Source: Anaerolineales bacterium
GTDB lineage: Bacteria > Chloroflexota > Anaerolineae > Anaerolineales > DRKV01
Direction of reading: 5' to 3'
Assembly (NCBI GenBank): GCA_020061145.1
Contig: JAGUYX010000113.1
Location: 1 to 41,308 of the forward strand
DNA: 41,308 nt
The position numbers were made by a program, and so were the translations under genes. Under the pieces are notes generated by a model, which saw nothing but the letters and a program-made list of their open reading frames with translations, had not been told where the DNA came from and did not search any database. Numbering within the stretch: the first letter of the stretch is position 1; every line of letters begins with the position of its first letter. Positions 16,228 through 26,265 of the stretch are shown here, one piece after another.

Positions 16228-18141
16228 ATGTATGTAGTCGGTACAGCCGGTCATGTCGATCATGGAAAGTCGACGTTGGTGCGGGCATTGACTGGGATCG
16301 ACCCCGACCGTTTGAAAGAAGAAAAAGAGCGCGAGATGACGATCGATTTGGGGTTTGCCTGGCTGGAACTGCCCAGTGGTCAGGAAGTCTCGATCGTTGA
16401 CGTTCCCGGGCACGAAGACTTCATTAAAAACATGCTGGCCGGGGTAGGGGGGATCGACGCTGTACTGCTGACGGTAGCTGCGGATGAGGCGATCATGCCT
16501 CAGACGCGCGAACATGTGGCGATTCTCGATCTCCTGGAGGTCAAGGCTGGCCTGGTTGTGTTGACAAAAGCCGACATGGTGCCTGACGAGGAATGGTTGG
16601 AGTTGGTCAAAATGGATGTGGCGAGTCTGCTGGAGAAAACCTCACTGGCAGGCGCCCCGATTGTGTTGGTATCCTCCAAGACCGGGAAAGGTCTGATCGA
16701 TCTGGAAGACAACCTCGATGCCCTTCTCAAGAAAACCCCACCACGCCGAGACTTCAACAGGCCGCGCCTATCTATTGATCGAATCTTTACAAAGCCCGGA
16801 TTTGGGACTATCGTCACCGGGACGCTGATTGATGGTCGTTTTTGTGTGGGAGATGAAATCGAGATCCAGCCGAAAGGGTTGAAGGGGCGAATCCGCGGGC
16901 TTCAAACCCACAAAAACAAAGTGGAAGTGGCCACTCCTGGCAGCCGAGTCGCGATCAACCTGACCGGCGTGAATCTGGAAAATCTCAGCCGGGGAGACGT
17001 TGTCACTCATCGCGGTTGGTTGAGCGGTACGGTTTTAGTGGATGCCCGCATCCGGGTTCTGGAGGACTTTGAACTGGCGCTGAGGCATGACATGGAAATC
17101 GAGATCTTCTCCGGGGCCTCACAGGTTTTGGGTCATGCCCGGGTGCTCGGCGCGGATGAAATTCGTCCTGGAGAATTAGGCTGGGTCCAGATCCGCCTGG
17201 TTGATCCAATTGCGTTGGTCAAAGGGGATAGGCTGATCCTTCGCCAGCCCTCTCCAAGCCGGACGATCGGCGGAGGAGTAGTTATCGATCCGCATCCCTA
17301 CCGCAAGCACCGCCGTTACCACGAAGAGGTCATCCGCCATTTAGGGGCAATGGCATCGGATACGCCTGAGGAAATCTTGCTGGCGACGCTGATGAAACAG
17401 GAGCCTATCTCAGCGCGGCTGGCCGTCCAACGCAGCCAGCTTGATTTGGAAGCAGCAGGAAGTGCGTTGTCTAAGCTGCTGGCAGAAGGATTGGTCTATG
17501 TGCTAAATAGCGACACTTCCGATCCTGGCAAGCTTGTTTCTGGCTCTTCCAACCTGATTTCCGCGGAAGGTTTCAATCGATTTGTTGAGCGGATCCGACA
17601 GGTCCTTTCGGAGTATCATACTGCGTTCCCGCTCCGCCTCGGGTTGCCCAGAGAAGAGTTGAACAGCCGCCTGGGTTTGGACCGTCAATTGGTCAATACC
17701 ATCGTAGAGCGTGCCGTGAAGCTGGGCTCGATTAGGGCTGTAGGGGGAAGCCTTTCCTTACCGGGGCACAAAGTGCTATTTTCTCCTGAACAACAGAGGC
17801 AAATTAACCAGGCTTTGGAGGTTTTCCGTCAGGCGCCTTTCACCCCGCCCCCTACAAGAGAGGTAGCATCGCTGATTGGAACAGAGGTCCTCTTTGCGCT
17901 CCTTGAGCAGGGGTGCTTGACCCAGGTGAGTAAGGATGTCGTTTTCATGACTGATACCTACAACCGCATCATCGAACAGGTTGTACAACACCTGAAGGAA
18001 CAAGGTACGATCACGATAGCGGAGGCGCGCGATCTCTTCAATACCAGCCGGAAATATACCCAGGCAATCCTCGAGCACATGGACGAAAAACGGATTACCA
18101 AGCGCCTGGGTGATAACCGGATATTACGACAAATGACTTAG
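16228..18141 (+). CDS. selB: Selenocysteine-specific elongation factor
   Basis: [35 protein letters not shown], and C-terminal winged helices with SRKY. Confidence 0.97.
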   Translation: MYVVGTAGHVDHGKSTLVRALTGIDPDRLKEEKEREMTIDLGFAWLELPSGQEVSIVDVPGHEDFIKNMLAGVGGIDAVLLTVAADEAIMPQTREHVAILDLLEVKAGLVVLTKADMVPDEEWLELVKMDVASLLEKTSLAGAPIVLVSSKTGKGLIDLEDNLDALLKKTPPRRDFNRPRLSIDRIFTKPGFGTIVTGTLIDGRFCVGDEIEIQPKGLKGRIRGLQTHKNKVEVATPGSRVAINLTGVNLENLSRGDVVTHRGWLSGTVLVDARIRVLEDFELALRHDMEIEIFSGASQVLGHARVLGADEIRPGELGWVQIRLVDPIALVKGDRLILRQPSPSRTIGGGVVIDPHPYRKHRRYHEEVIRHLGAMASDTPEEILLATLMKQEPISARLAVQRSQLDLEAAGSALSKLLAEGLVYVLNSDTSDPGKLVSGSSNLISAEGFNRFVERIRQVLSEYHTAFPLRLGLPREELNSRLGLDRQLVNTIVERAVKLGSIRAVGGSLSLPGHKVLFSPEQQRQINQALEVFRQAPFTPPPTREVASLIGTEVLFALLEQGCLTQVSKDVVFMTDTYNRIIEQVVQHLKEQGTITIAEARDLFNTSRKYTQAILEHMDEKRITKRLGDNRILRQMT

Positions 18142-18224
18142 TAAAAGGTGATTTTAAGTAGTAAGGGTTTATCCGGCTATACTTTAAACTAACATTAATC
18201 TTTCTTAACCAGCGAAGGTTGAGT

Positions 18225-20600
18225 ATGAGACTACAACTGCGATCAAGACTCTTCTGGCAGGTATTTATCATCGTCCTGATCGGTTTGGGTCTGACATCGA
18301 TCGGCATGGCTGCACTCAGCCTGCAGGCAATCGATGATAATACACACCGTGCCCTGGAGGAGCGCCTGGTGTTGAGCCAGGCGATCGCGGGACGGGTGGA
18401 TGACTACCTGCATGAATCTACCCGCCACGTGGAGATCCTCATTGAAAGCGAGGGCATCGCCCAACACATGGAGGACGAAGCTCTTGCCCAGGAGTTTGTG
18501 GAAAAGGTGAAGTACCACCTGGGCAATTTTGCTTACTTCACGGTGTTGCTGGATAACTCGCGCCAGGTTGTCAGCATGGCTCCCTACAACGAAGAAGTGA
18601 TGAAAAATGATTTTACTTCAGCGAAATGCGTCGAGTTCGTCAGCGTTCACCGGACACCGGTTATCACGCGCGCCTTCGTGTTGGGAGCGCCCACCCACAC
18701 GGTCGCCCTGGTTATCCCTATCCTGGACAAGGAACAAACCCAGGTAGGTACGCTATTTACCGCCCTCAACCTGACCGACGAGGTCTTCACGCGTCTATTG
18801 AAACCCTGTTGTCCTGGGACAACCGGCCATTCGGAGATTGTCGATTCCACCGGATTGGTTCTTGCAAGTACGCAGCCTGAAAATTTATGGAAAGAAGATG
18901 GTCATGGCGAGCAATTCGACCAGTTGGTGTCTGATCGTCGATCGGTGGTGGGCACCTGTCACACTTGCCATATCGAGGATTCGCAGGTGATCGCACGTGA
19001 GGACGAGGTGATGGCTTTTGCGCCTCTAGCGTCTGCACAATGGGGTGTAGCCCTTCGGCAATCCAGCCAAGAGGCCTTTACCTTTGCGTCCATATTGAAA
19101 AAGCAACTGGCTGTGTATTTTTCCGTTGCCCTTCTGGCTGGGGTTGGAATCACATGGATGTTTACCAAAAGGATTGTGCGCCCCATCGAAAAGCTGACCT
19201 CGGCCTGCCAGGAAATTACGGAAGGGAACTTGTCAGTGGAGGTCCCGTTGGAAGGACCGGGCGAAATTGGCCGTCTGGGATCCTCGTTCGCTTTGATGCG
19301 CAACCGACTGAAAGAGTCCTTGAACCAAATTCAGAACTGGGCGGACGAGCTTGAAGACCGCATCCGACTGAGGACCACAGAGTTGGAAGAATCACAGGAA
19401 AAGCTTCAGAAGGCAAACCGGGAATTATCGGTTTTGAATACGGTTGGAGACGCATTGCGCCAGTCGCTCAACCTGACCTCGACCATGAACACGGCTCTCG
19501 AGAGGATGATCGAGTTGAGCGAAGCAGGGTTTGGTTGCATATTCCTGAAACAGCAGGAGAACCAGGAGCCGGTTATCGCTGCCCAGTCCTCACGAGATGT
19601 CGACTTTGGCATCACCAGGTTGCTTCCCGCTTTACGATCCCACGTGACGAATATTTTTTCGAAAGAACGGGCGGACGCGTTCAAGATGCCATTGCGTTCC
19701 ATCCCCTTGAACAATCATCGGGAGGTGGATTACTTCATCGCGACATTTATCCCTCTGATCGGAAAAGAAAGCATTCCTGGTGTGATGGTCCTGGTCAAGA
19801 AAAACCACTGCGGTTTTTCTATTCACGAAAAAGAACTGTACCGCTCGATTGGCATACAGATTGGGATTTCTATTGAAAATGCACTTCTTTTTCAAAGATT
19901 GCTTCAAAAGGAAGAATCGCTCAGCCAGTTGGTTCATAAGCTGATTGCAGCTCAAGAGGAAGAACGGCGCCGGATTGCCCGCGAATTGCACGACGAGACC
20001 AGCCAATCCCTAACGGCGTTAAGTGTGGGATTGAGAACGGCGATCATGGCAAAGGCAAGAACACCGGAAGAGGTCAAGAAGCGATTGGGGCCTTTGGATG
20101 GGATGGCCTCGGGTATGCTTGAGGAAATTAGTCGTATGATCCAGGATCTGCGTCCCAGTCTGCTGGACGACATGGGTTTACTGTCCGCCTTAGACTGGTA
20201 TGCAGACGTTCGCCTGCGGTCTAGAGGAATTCAGGTCAGTTGGGAGATTGTGGGCATAGAACGGCGGCTTCCCCTGGAACTGGAAACGACGATTTTCCGT
20301 CTGGGGCAAGAAGCGATCAGCAACGTTGCCAAACACGCCAAAGCCGAGAGCGTTACCATCCTTATTGAATTTCTAGACCACCACATCGTTCTTGAGATCG
20401 ATGATGATGGGAATGGGTTTGATGCAGAGCAAATACTGTCGAACAATCTATCGTCTATGGCGTATGGTCTTTTGGGGATGCGTGAGAGGGTAGACTTGTT
20501 TGGCGGTGTTCTAACAATTGATTCTAGAGTAGGAGTCGGCACCCGCGTTCGGGCTGAACTGCCGGTGATGGTTGCGCCAGTCGCGGATATAACCATATAA
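18225..20600 (+). CDS. Sensor histidine kinase (Cache-like with CXXCH, HAMP, GAF, HisKA_3/HATPase)
   Basis: Two TMs, extracytoplasmic CHTCH, HAMP, EERRRIARELHDE, DDGNGF, GLLGMRER. Confidence 0.92.
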   Translation: MRLQLRSRLFWQVFIIVLIGLGLTSIGMAALSLQAIDDNTHRALEERLVLSQAIAGRVDDYLHESTRHVEILIESEGIAQHMEDEALAQEFVEKVKYHLGNFAYFTVLLDNSRQVVSMAPYNEEVMKNDFTSAKCVEFVSVHRTPVITRAFVLGAPTHTVALVIPILDKEQTQVGTLFTALNLTDEVFTRLLKPCCPGTTGHSEIVDSTGLVLASTQPENLWKEDGHGEQFDQLVSDRRSVVGTCHTCHIEDSQVIAREDEVMAFAPLASAQWGVALRQSSQEAFTFASILKKQLAVYFSVALLAGVGITWMFTKRIVRPIEKLTSACQEITEGNLSVEVPLEGPGEIGRLGSSFALMRNRLKESLNQIQNWADELEDRIRLRTTELEESQEKLQKANRELSVLNTVGDALRQSLNLTSTMNTALERMIELSEAGFGCIFLKQQENQEPVIAAQSSRDVDFGITRLLPALRSHVTNIFSKERADAFKMPLRSIPLNNHREVDYFIATFIPLIGKESIPGVMVLVKKNHCGFSIHEKELYRSIGIQIGISIENALLFQRLLQKEESLSQLVHKLIAAQEEERRRIARELHDETSQSLTALSVGLRTAIMAKARTPEEVKKRLGPLDGMASGMLEEISRMIQDLRPSLLDDMGLLSALDWYADVRLRSRGIQVSWEIVGIERRLPLELETTIFRLGQEAISNVAKHAKAESVTILIEFLDHHIVLEIDDDGNGFDAEQILSNNLSSMAYGLLGMRERVDLFGGVLTIDSRVGVGTRVRAELPVMVAPVADITI

Positions 20601-20609
20601 GGCGGTGCC

Positions 20610-21263
20610 ATGCAGAAAATTCGTGTATTGCTGGTTGATGACCACGCGATCTTGCGGGAAGGCCTGCAAGCCATGCTCAGCTTGTGCGAGGATATCGAAG
20701 TGATAGGCGGCGCGGCGGATGGCTCTCAGGCGTTGGAAATTCTTCAGAGGTATATCGTTGATGTGATTGTGATGGATATGGCAATGCCGGGAATGGGCGG
20801 GTTAGAAGCGACACGAAGGATCGTAAAATCATACCCGCACCTAAAGGTATTAGTTCTAAGCCAACATGATGACGAAAGATACGTACTGTCGGTTTGCCAG
20901 GAAGGAGCTTCTGGTTATGTTTTGAAGCGTTCGGTGGGGAAGGAGTTGATTTCTGCAATCCGGACGGTTTACCAGGGAGGCAGCTATTTGCCTCCCGCGA
21001 TAGCCGATAAGTTGTTGCGCGCTTTTCGCAACCCAAATCATAGTCAGACCGTGGAAGTAGAGGGCAGCCTGACCGACCGCGAACGAGAAATTCTGATCCA
21101 TGTATGTGAGGGGATGACAAGCCAGGAAATTTCAGAACTACTTAGTATCAGCAAGAAAACAGTCATGTGCCACAGGGCAAATATCTATAAAAAGCTTGGC
21201 ACGCACAGAAGGGTGGAGTTGATCAAATATGCCCATCAAGCGGGGCTGATCCAGCTCATCTAG
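20610..21263 (+). CDS. NarL/LuxR-family response regulator
   Basis: LLVDDH receiver domain and LTDREREIL...HRANIYKKL HTH. Confidence 0.95.
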   Translation: MQKIRVLLVDDHAILREGLQAMLSLCEDIEVIGGAADGSQALEILQRYIVDVIVMDMAMPGMGGLEATRRIVKSYPHLKVLVLSQHDDERYVLSVCQEGASGYVLKRSVGKELISAIRTVYQGGSYLPPAIADKLLRAFRNPNHSQTVEVEGSLTDREREILIHVCEGMTSQEISELLSISKKTVMCHRANIYKKLGTHRRVELIKYAHQAGLIQLI

Positions 21264-21580
21264 AGATTCCCCCACTCCCTGGGGGTTGGGCGGCGGGATG
21301 AATTCTCATTGGCCTTTGCCTTGCATCAAAGTCCTAACCGAAATTTGGTTCTTTGGCCTGGACTTGCCTGGAGAGCGATCCTGATCTCGCTCTGGTTTAT
21401 ATCTGGTGGGGAACTTGCATCTTCTATCCCAGGATTATGAGTTCCGCCGATTGGCATTACCTGCAAAAAAGCACCGCTATTTATGTCGGGTATAATTTGG
21501 AGGAAATTCGCTCGTTACTTGCCATTATCCATGCATAGATTCATGGAATCCGCTTATTCCCTGTCTGAACGATCCTGTCT

Positions 21581-22261
21581 TTGAACCACTTCAACGTAAT
21601 CCAACCAGAAGTATCACAAATCCTGCCCGATTTACGTACGCTCAGTCGGGCCACCGGTCGTTTCAGAAAAGGACCGGGTTCATCCATACAATTAGCCCGA
21701 GAAACGACCCTGGTGGAGGCTTCGACATTAATCAAGCCGGTGGCAATTTGGGCGAAAATCGAGATTTCTCAGAATGATTCATCCATATTTCCTGTTTGGC
21801 TGGCAAAAAAAGCCTCCCGGGTTGAGTCGATCGCTGGCATTGTCTGCACGATAGGCGATCAACTGGAGAACATGTCTCGTAAATACTTCTCGATGGGGCA
21901 AAACACCCGTGGTTATATTTTGGACCAGGTCGGGTCCCTCGCCGTTGCGCGCCTCGCCAGCCAGGTTGCTGAACAACTGCGCCGCGAATTGAATGCTCTC
22001 TATTGGGCGCCTGGCGATGACACGACCGACGTCACGCTCTCCGCCCAGCGTTGGCTCTTCGACCTCATTCCCGCCCAGAAGATCGGCGTCCGGCTTACCG
22101 GCCAGAATGTGATGGTGCCGGTCAAGTCATTATCTTTTTTTCTGCTCATCCGGACCGGACAAGCCGGTTTGAAGTGCGCAATTCCCTGCCAGCGCTGCAT
22201 CTGGAATGGCGCGTGCGATCAACGCATGCAGAAAACTTCCTCTGGCAATTCAGCGGCATGA
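21581..22261 (+). CDS. MetH reactivation-domain-like protein with C-terminal Cys cluster
   Basis: VCTIG..LE....F......YILDQVGS, WAPG, IGVRLT...MVPVKSLS, C..PC.RC....C motifs. Start uncertain. Confidence 0.7.
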   Translation: MNHFNVIQPEVSQILPDLRTLSRATGRFRKGPGSSIQLARETTLVEASTLIKPVAIWAKIEISQNDSSIFPVWLAKKASRVESIAGIVCTIGDQLENMSRKYFSMGQNTRGYILDQVGSLAVARLASQVAEQLRRELNALYWAPGDDTTDVTLSAQRWLFDLIPAQKIGVRLTGQNVMVPVKSLSFFLLIRTGQAGLKCAIPCQRCIWNGACDQRMQKTSSGNSAA

Positions 22262-22297
22262 AAGAGGCGGATTGACGGCCTGAAGGTAAGGGTTCAT

Positions 22298-23599
22298 ATG
22301 GAAACCACTGGCGATCATTCTCAAGAGCAAACAGACCTGGGGGCTGATCTCTTAAAGTGGGTCGAACACGAGCGTATCGGCCAGTTGCAAACGTACAGTA
22401 GGGGCCGGATGCTCTTCTGGCAGGGTGAAACGGTAGAGTATGTTTATTTGGTAAAACAAGGTGCAGTTAAAATCTATTCAATCTCCCAGGATGGGAAAAG
22501 CTATGCTTATGGGGTCGTCGGAGCGGGAGGCATAGTCGGTTTAACCTCGTTATTACAATGCATCGCACACGAGTCTTTAGCAGAAGTCATCGAAGACACG
22601 GAAGTCATTGCCATTTCTGCGGCGGAATTTAATCAGTTGCTGTGTACAGAGCGCCAATTTTCTCTGCTTGTCTTGAAGAAATTGGCGCAAGGATTGAGCC
22701 TGCTGGCCAGTAAAGCCAGGGATGCAGGTTTGTTGGATGTGCAGCAACGCCTGAAACACCGCCTGGTTGAGCTGGCCAGGGATCATGGCAGTGCTACAGA
22801 CAAAGGAGTCAAAATCAACCTGGATCTGACCCACGAGGAAATTGCAACCCTTGTGGCTGCCAATCGAAGCACAATTACGGGCCTTTTGAACGAGCTGAAA
22901 GAGCAAGGTTTCCTCTGGAAAGAAGGCCGGCATCTGGTGATTATCCCCCCGGTTCATATAGAGATCCTCGACGAGCTTACCCGATCGGTTGTGAATGGCG
23001 AAGAGGACGAAGCCAAAAAATGGGCCAGCAAAGCCATCGATTCAGGCGTTGAGCCAACAAAAGCGCTCAACGCGTTAACCAGCGGGATGAACCTGATCGA
23101 CAGAATGTTTAACCGGAATGAGATCGACGTATCCGACGTAATTCTCTCCGCCTATGCAATGAAAAGCGCCATTCCTATCATTGAGGACAAGATTGCAAAA
23201 AGCAGGCAGAAGGTTCATTCGATCGGCAGGGTTGTCATTGGAACTGTCCATGGAGACATTCACGATATCGGTCGCACGCTGGTTGCGATGTTGCTGAGAG
23301 CCAGGGGGTTCGAGGTGATCGATCTCGGGATCAACGTGAACTGCGATGATTTTATTCAAGCTACCCTGAAATTCAAACCAGATATATTGGCGATGTCCTC
23401 CCTGATGACGACCAGTGCGCAGGAGCAGTTCAAAGTTATCCATGCATTAAGGGAGGCTGGTTTGCGAGAAGATGTCAAAGTCATCGTCGGGGGAGGCGCG
23501 ATCACGGAGAAATTGAAACAACAAATGGGGGCAGATGGATATGAGCCCACGGCGCATCGTGCCGTAGAGCTGGCCTGGAGATTAACCCACTCGTCGTAG
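22298..23599 (+). CDS. Crp/Fnr transcription regulator fused to a cobalamin-binding (corrinoid) module
   Basis: cNMP-binding fold plus LTHEEIATLVAANRSTIT HTH, then a four-helix cap and GTVHGDIHDIG...SSLMT...GG (DxHxxG). Confidence 0.88.
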   Translation: METTGDHSQEQTDLGADLLKWVEHERIGQLQTYSRGRMLFWQGETVEYVYLVKQGAVKIYSISQDGKSYAYGVVGAGGIVGLTSLLQCIAHESLAEVIEDTEVIAISAAEFNQLLCTERQFSLLVLKKLAQGLSLLASKARDAGLLDVQQRLKHRLVELARDHGSATDKGVKINLDLTHEEIATLVAANRSTITGLLNELKEQGFLWKEGRHLVIIPPVHIEILDELTRSVVNGEEDEAKKWASKAIDSGVEPTKALNALTSGMNLIDRMFNRNEIDVSDVILSAYAMKSAIPIIEDKIAKSRQKVHSIGRVVIGTVHGDIHDIGRTLVAMLLRARGFEVIDLGINVNCDDFIQATLKFKPDILAMSSLMTTSAQEQFKVIHALREAGLREDVKVIVGGGAITEKLKQQMGADGYEPTAHRAVELAWRLTHSS

Positions 23600-23716
23600 A
23601 AGAACGTCTCGAAATTGTTGTTTAGCCAACAGACAGGGGGAGTAATCTTTGCTATCTTTGATCCTGGAATATTCCCAATACCGATCTGGATTTCATAATG
23701 AGATATCTGTACTTCC

Positions 23717-25537
23717 ATGGCCTACATAATCGAATTTGAACCAATCGGCATTCGTCTGATTTGTGATGATCCTTTGACGATCTCTGAAGCAGCTCGCCAG
23801 GCAGGCGTAAGCATTCGTTCGGTCTGTGGCGGCAAGGCTTCCTGTGGCAAGTGTCTGGTTCGGGTCATGGAAGGGCATCTGGATCCGCCTGCCGAGGCGG
23901 AACAGAAACACCTGACTCTGGCGCAGATTTCAGCAGGCTGGCGCCTGGCGTGCCGCACGATCATCGCGGCGAACACCTGTGTTTACATCCCGGCGAATTC
24001 ATTAACGGAAAGCCAGGTTATCCAAATCGAAGGTTTGGAAACCACCGCCGTCCCCGATCCCGCCGTTCGCCTCCTGGCATTGCTTGTTGATCCTCCTTCC
24101 CTCTCCGACCAGACAGGGGACCTGGAACGGGTCGCCAATGCGCTGTGCCAGGCTCATGCTCTTGAAGGTGTCTGGGGCGGGTTGCCGGCGCTGCGCGCCT
24201 TGCGTTCTGTCTTGCGGGAAGCGGACTGGCAGATCGAGGTCGCATTGCGAGGAACAGAGATCATTGCGGCCTATCCATTGGGGCAACACAGACCGGTGGG
24301 GATGGCAGTGGACGTTGGTACAACCAAACTGGCCTGTTACCTGGTGGATCTGGAAAGCGGGCGCACGCTGGCTGCCAAAGGGGTTATGAATCCCCAGATC
24401 GCCTTTGGGGAGGATGTCATGTCCCGTCTGGAAACCGTTCTCGTGGAGCCGGAGAACGCCGATCGGCTCCAGGCTGAAGTCGTGTCGTCAATCAATGAGG
24501 TGGCGGAAGAACTCTGCGCGGCGCAAAGGCTCGCTCCAGATCATATCCTGGATTACTGTTTGGTTGGAAATACGGCCATGCACCATCTGCTGGCAAAGTT
24601 ACCTGCGCGGCCGCTGGCCGTCTCGCCATTCGTCCCCGCGCTCAGTGATGTGCTGTATATCGAGGCGGATCGATTGGGTTTGAACGCTGCACCCGGCGCA
24701 CGTGCATACCTGCCTGCCCCGCTGGCCGGCTTTGTCGGTTCCGATCACCTGGCATTTCTACTGGCCGCCGGTTTCGATGAAGGAGACCGGATTCGGCTCG
24801 GTATTGATATCGGGACGAACACCGAAATCGCTCTCCAGGTCGGGAGCAGAATCATATCCTGTTCAACCGCTTCGGGTCCCGCCTTCGAAGGAGCCCACAT
24901 CCACCACGGCATGCGCGCCGCTCCCGGCGCGATCGAACGCGTGAAGATCGCAGAAGATGGCGAGATTCAGTGTGACGTCATTGGTGGAGTCCCGGCAATA
25001 GGCATCTGTGGCTCTGGTATCCTCGACGCCCTGGCTGAAATGTATCGAGCCAGGATCATCAACGAACGCGGGCGGTTCCAGCTTAATGCGCCTGGCGTGG
25101 AAAGGGCCAACGATGATTCACTGATCTTCTACCTGTCAAAAGGTGTGAATGGCTACAGGGATGTCATGCTCTCCCAACACGATGTTGACCAGGTGATGCT
25201 GGCCAAGGGCGCCATCCGGGCGGGTATCGAGATTCTGCTCAATCAAGCGGGGGTCGCCCCGGCCGATATCGAGGAAATCGTGATAGCCGGAGCCTTTGGG
25301 ACCTATCTGGATCCCTGTAATGCGGTACGCATCGGGCTGATTCCAGGCGTGCCGGTGGAACGAATCCGTGCGGTAGGGAATGCAGCCGGGGCCGGAGCAC
25401 GCCTTTTGCTCTCTTCCCTGGAATATCGCCGCAGGGCGCAGTCACTGGCAAAACGGATCGAGTACGTGGAACTCACCATCGTGCCCGGCTTTAATAAATT
25501 TTTCGCTAAGGGTGTGCGTTTTCCGACCGCAGCTTAA
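23717..25537 (+). CDS. ASKHA-type reductive activator of corrinoid proteins (RACo/DUF4445) with [2Fe-2S] domain
   Basis: CGGKASCGKC...RLAC, VDVGTT, FGEDVMSR, DIGTNTE, GPAFEG, GICGSG, GNAAG. Confidence 0.92.
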   Translation: MAYIIEFEPIGIRLICDDPLTISEAARQAGVSIRSVCGGKASCGKCLVRVMEGHLDPPAEAEQKHLTLAQISAGWRLACRTIIAANTCVYIPANSLTESQVIQIEGLETTAVPDPAVRLLALLVDPPSLSDQTGDLERVANALCQAHALEGVWGGLPALRALRSVLREADWQIEVALRGTEIIAAYPLGQHRPVGMAVDVGTTKLACYLVDLESGRTLAAKGVMNPQIAFGEDVMSRLETVLVEPENADRLQAEVVSSINEVAEELCAAQRLAPDHILDYCLVGNTAMHHLLAKLPARPLAVSPFVPALSDVLYIEADRLGLNAAPGARAYLPAPLAGFVGSDHLAFLLAAGFDEGDRIRLGIDIGTNTEIALQVGSRIISCSTASGPAFEGAHIHHGMRAAPGAIERVKIAEDGEIQCDVIGGVPAIGICGSGILDALAEMYRARIINERGRFQLNAPGVERANDDSLIFYLSKGVNGYRDVMLSQHDVDQVMLAKGAIRAGIEILLNQAGVAPADIEEIVIAGAFGTYLDPCNAVRIGLIPGVPVERIRAVGNAAGAGARLLLSSLEYRRRAQSLAKRIEYVELTIVPGFNKFFAKGVRFPTAA

Positions 25538-25617
25538 GCATTGGATCACTTGCTAAAAAGATTGATCACACCAGCTACAAGGAATCAGGAAAGCATCTTT
25601 CCAAACGGAGGCAAACG

Positions 25618-26262
25618 ATGTCAGAAGCAATTTTCGACGCCATCAGCAAAGCCGTTACCGAAGGCGAGGAGGTCGAGGCTGACCGTCTCGTGGAACAGGC
25701 ACTCGAGGCTGGCCTGGCGCCCCTCGATATACTCCAAAAAGGAGTGGTGCACGGCATCACCCGGGCAGGAGAATTATGGAAAGCCAATGAGTATTTTCTT
25801 CCAGATGTTATCCTGGCCGCGGATGCCTTCAAGACAGCCATGCAACCCCTGGAACCCCGCCTGAAAGAGGGGACCGATGGGCGAAGAGGAGGAAAGTATG
25901 TAATCGGCGTCGTGGAGGGGGATATGCACGATTTGGGCAAGAGTCTGGTAGGTGCCATGCTCACTTCTGCCGGTTTTGAAGTGATCGACCTTGGCATTGA
26001 CGTCCCTGCCAGTCGTTTCATCGATGCCGTTAAAGAGCACCAGCCGGTTATTGTCGGCATGGGCGCTTATATGACCACCACCATGCTGCAGATGAAGACC
26101 ATCATCTCCGAACTGGAAAAGCAGGGATTACGCAGAGGTTTGAAAATCATGGTTGGCGGCGTCCCCACCAGCCAGGAATTTGCCGACGAAGTCGGGGCAG
26201 ACGCCTGGGGCAAAGATGCCCTGGATAGCATGCAAAAAGCGCTTAAACTGATTGGAGCATGA
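25618..26262 (+). CDS. Methyltransferase-cognate corrinoid protein
   Basis: YFLPDV cap and GVVEGDMHDLGK (DxHxxG). Confidence 0.93.
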   Translation: MSEAIFDAISKAVTEGEEVEADRLVEQALEAGLAPLDILQKGVVHGITRAGELWKANEYFLPDVILAADAFKTAMQPLEPRLKEGTDGRRGGKYVIGVVEGDMHDLGKSLVGAMLTSAGFEVIDLGIDVPASRFIDAVKEHQPVIVGMGAYMTTTMLQMKTIISELEKQGLRRGLKIMVGGVPTSQEFADEVGADAWGKDALDSMQKALKLIGA

Positions 26263-26265
26263 ACA

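Noticed and set aside
22259-22297. The TGA ending ORF 21581..22261 is in frame with the next gene (ATG 22298) with no other stop between
   Set aside because: No Cys or redox context (SGNSAA*) and no comparable hairpin. The two proteins are unrelated domain types, so this is probably coincidence.
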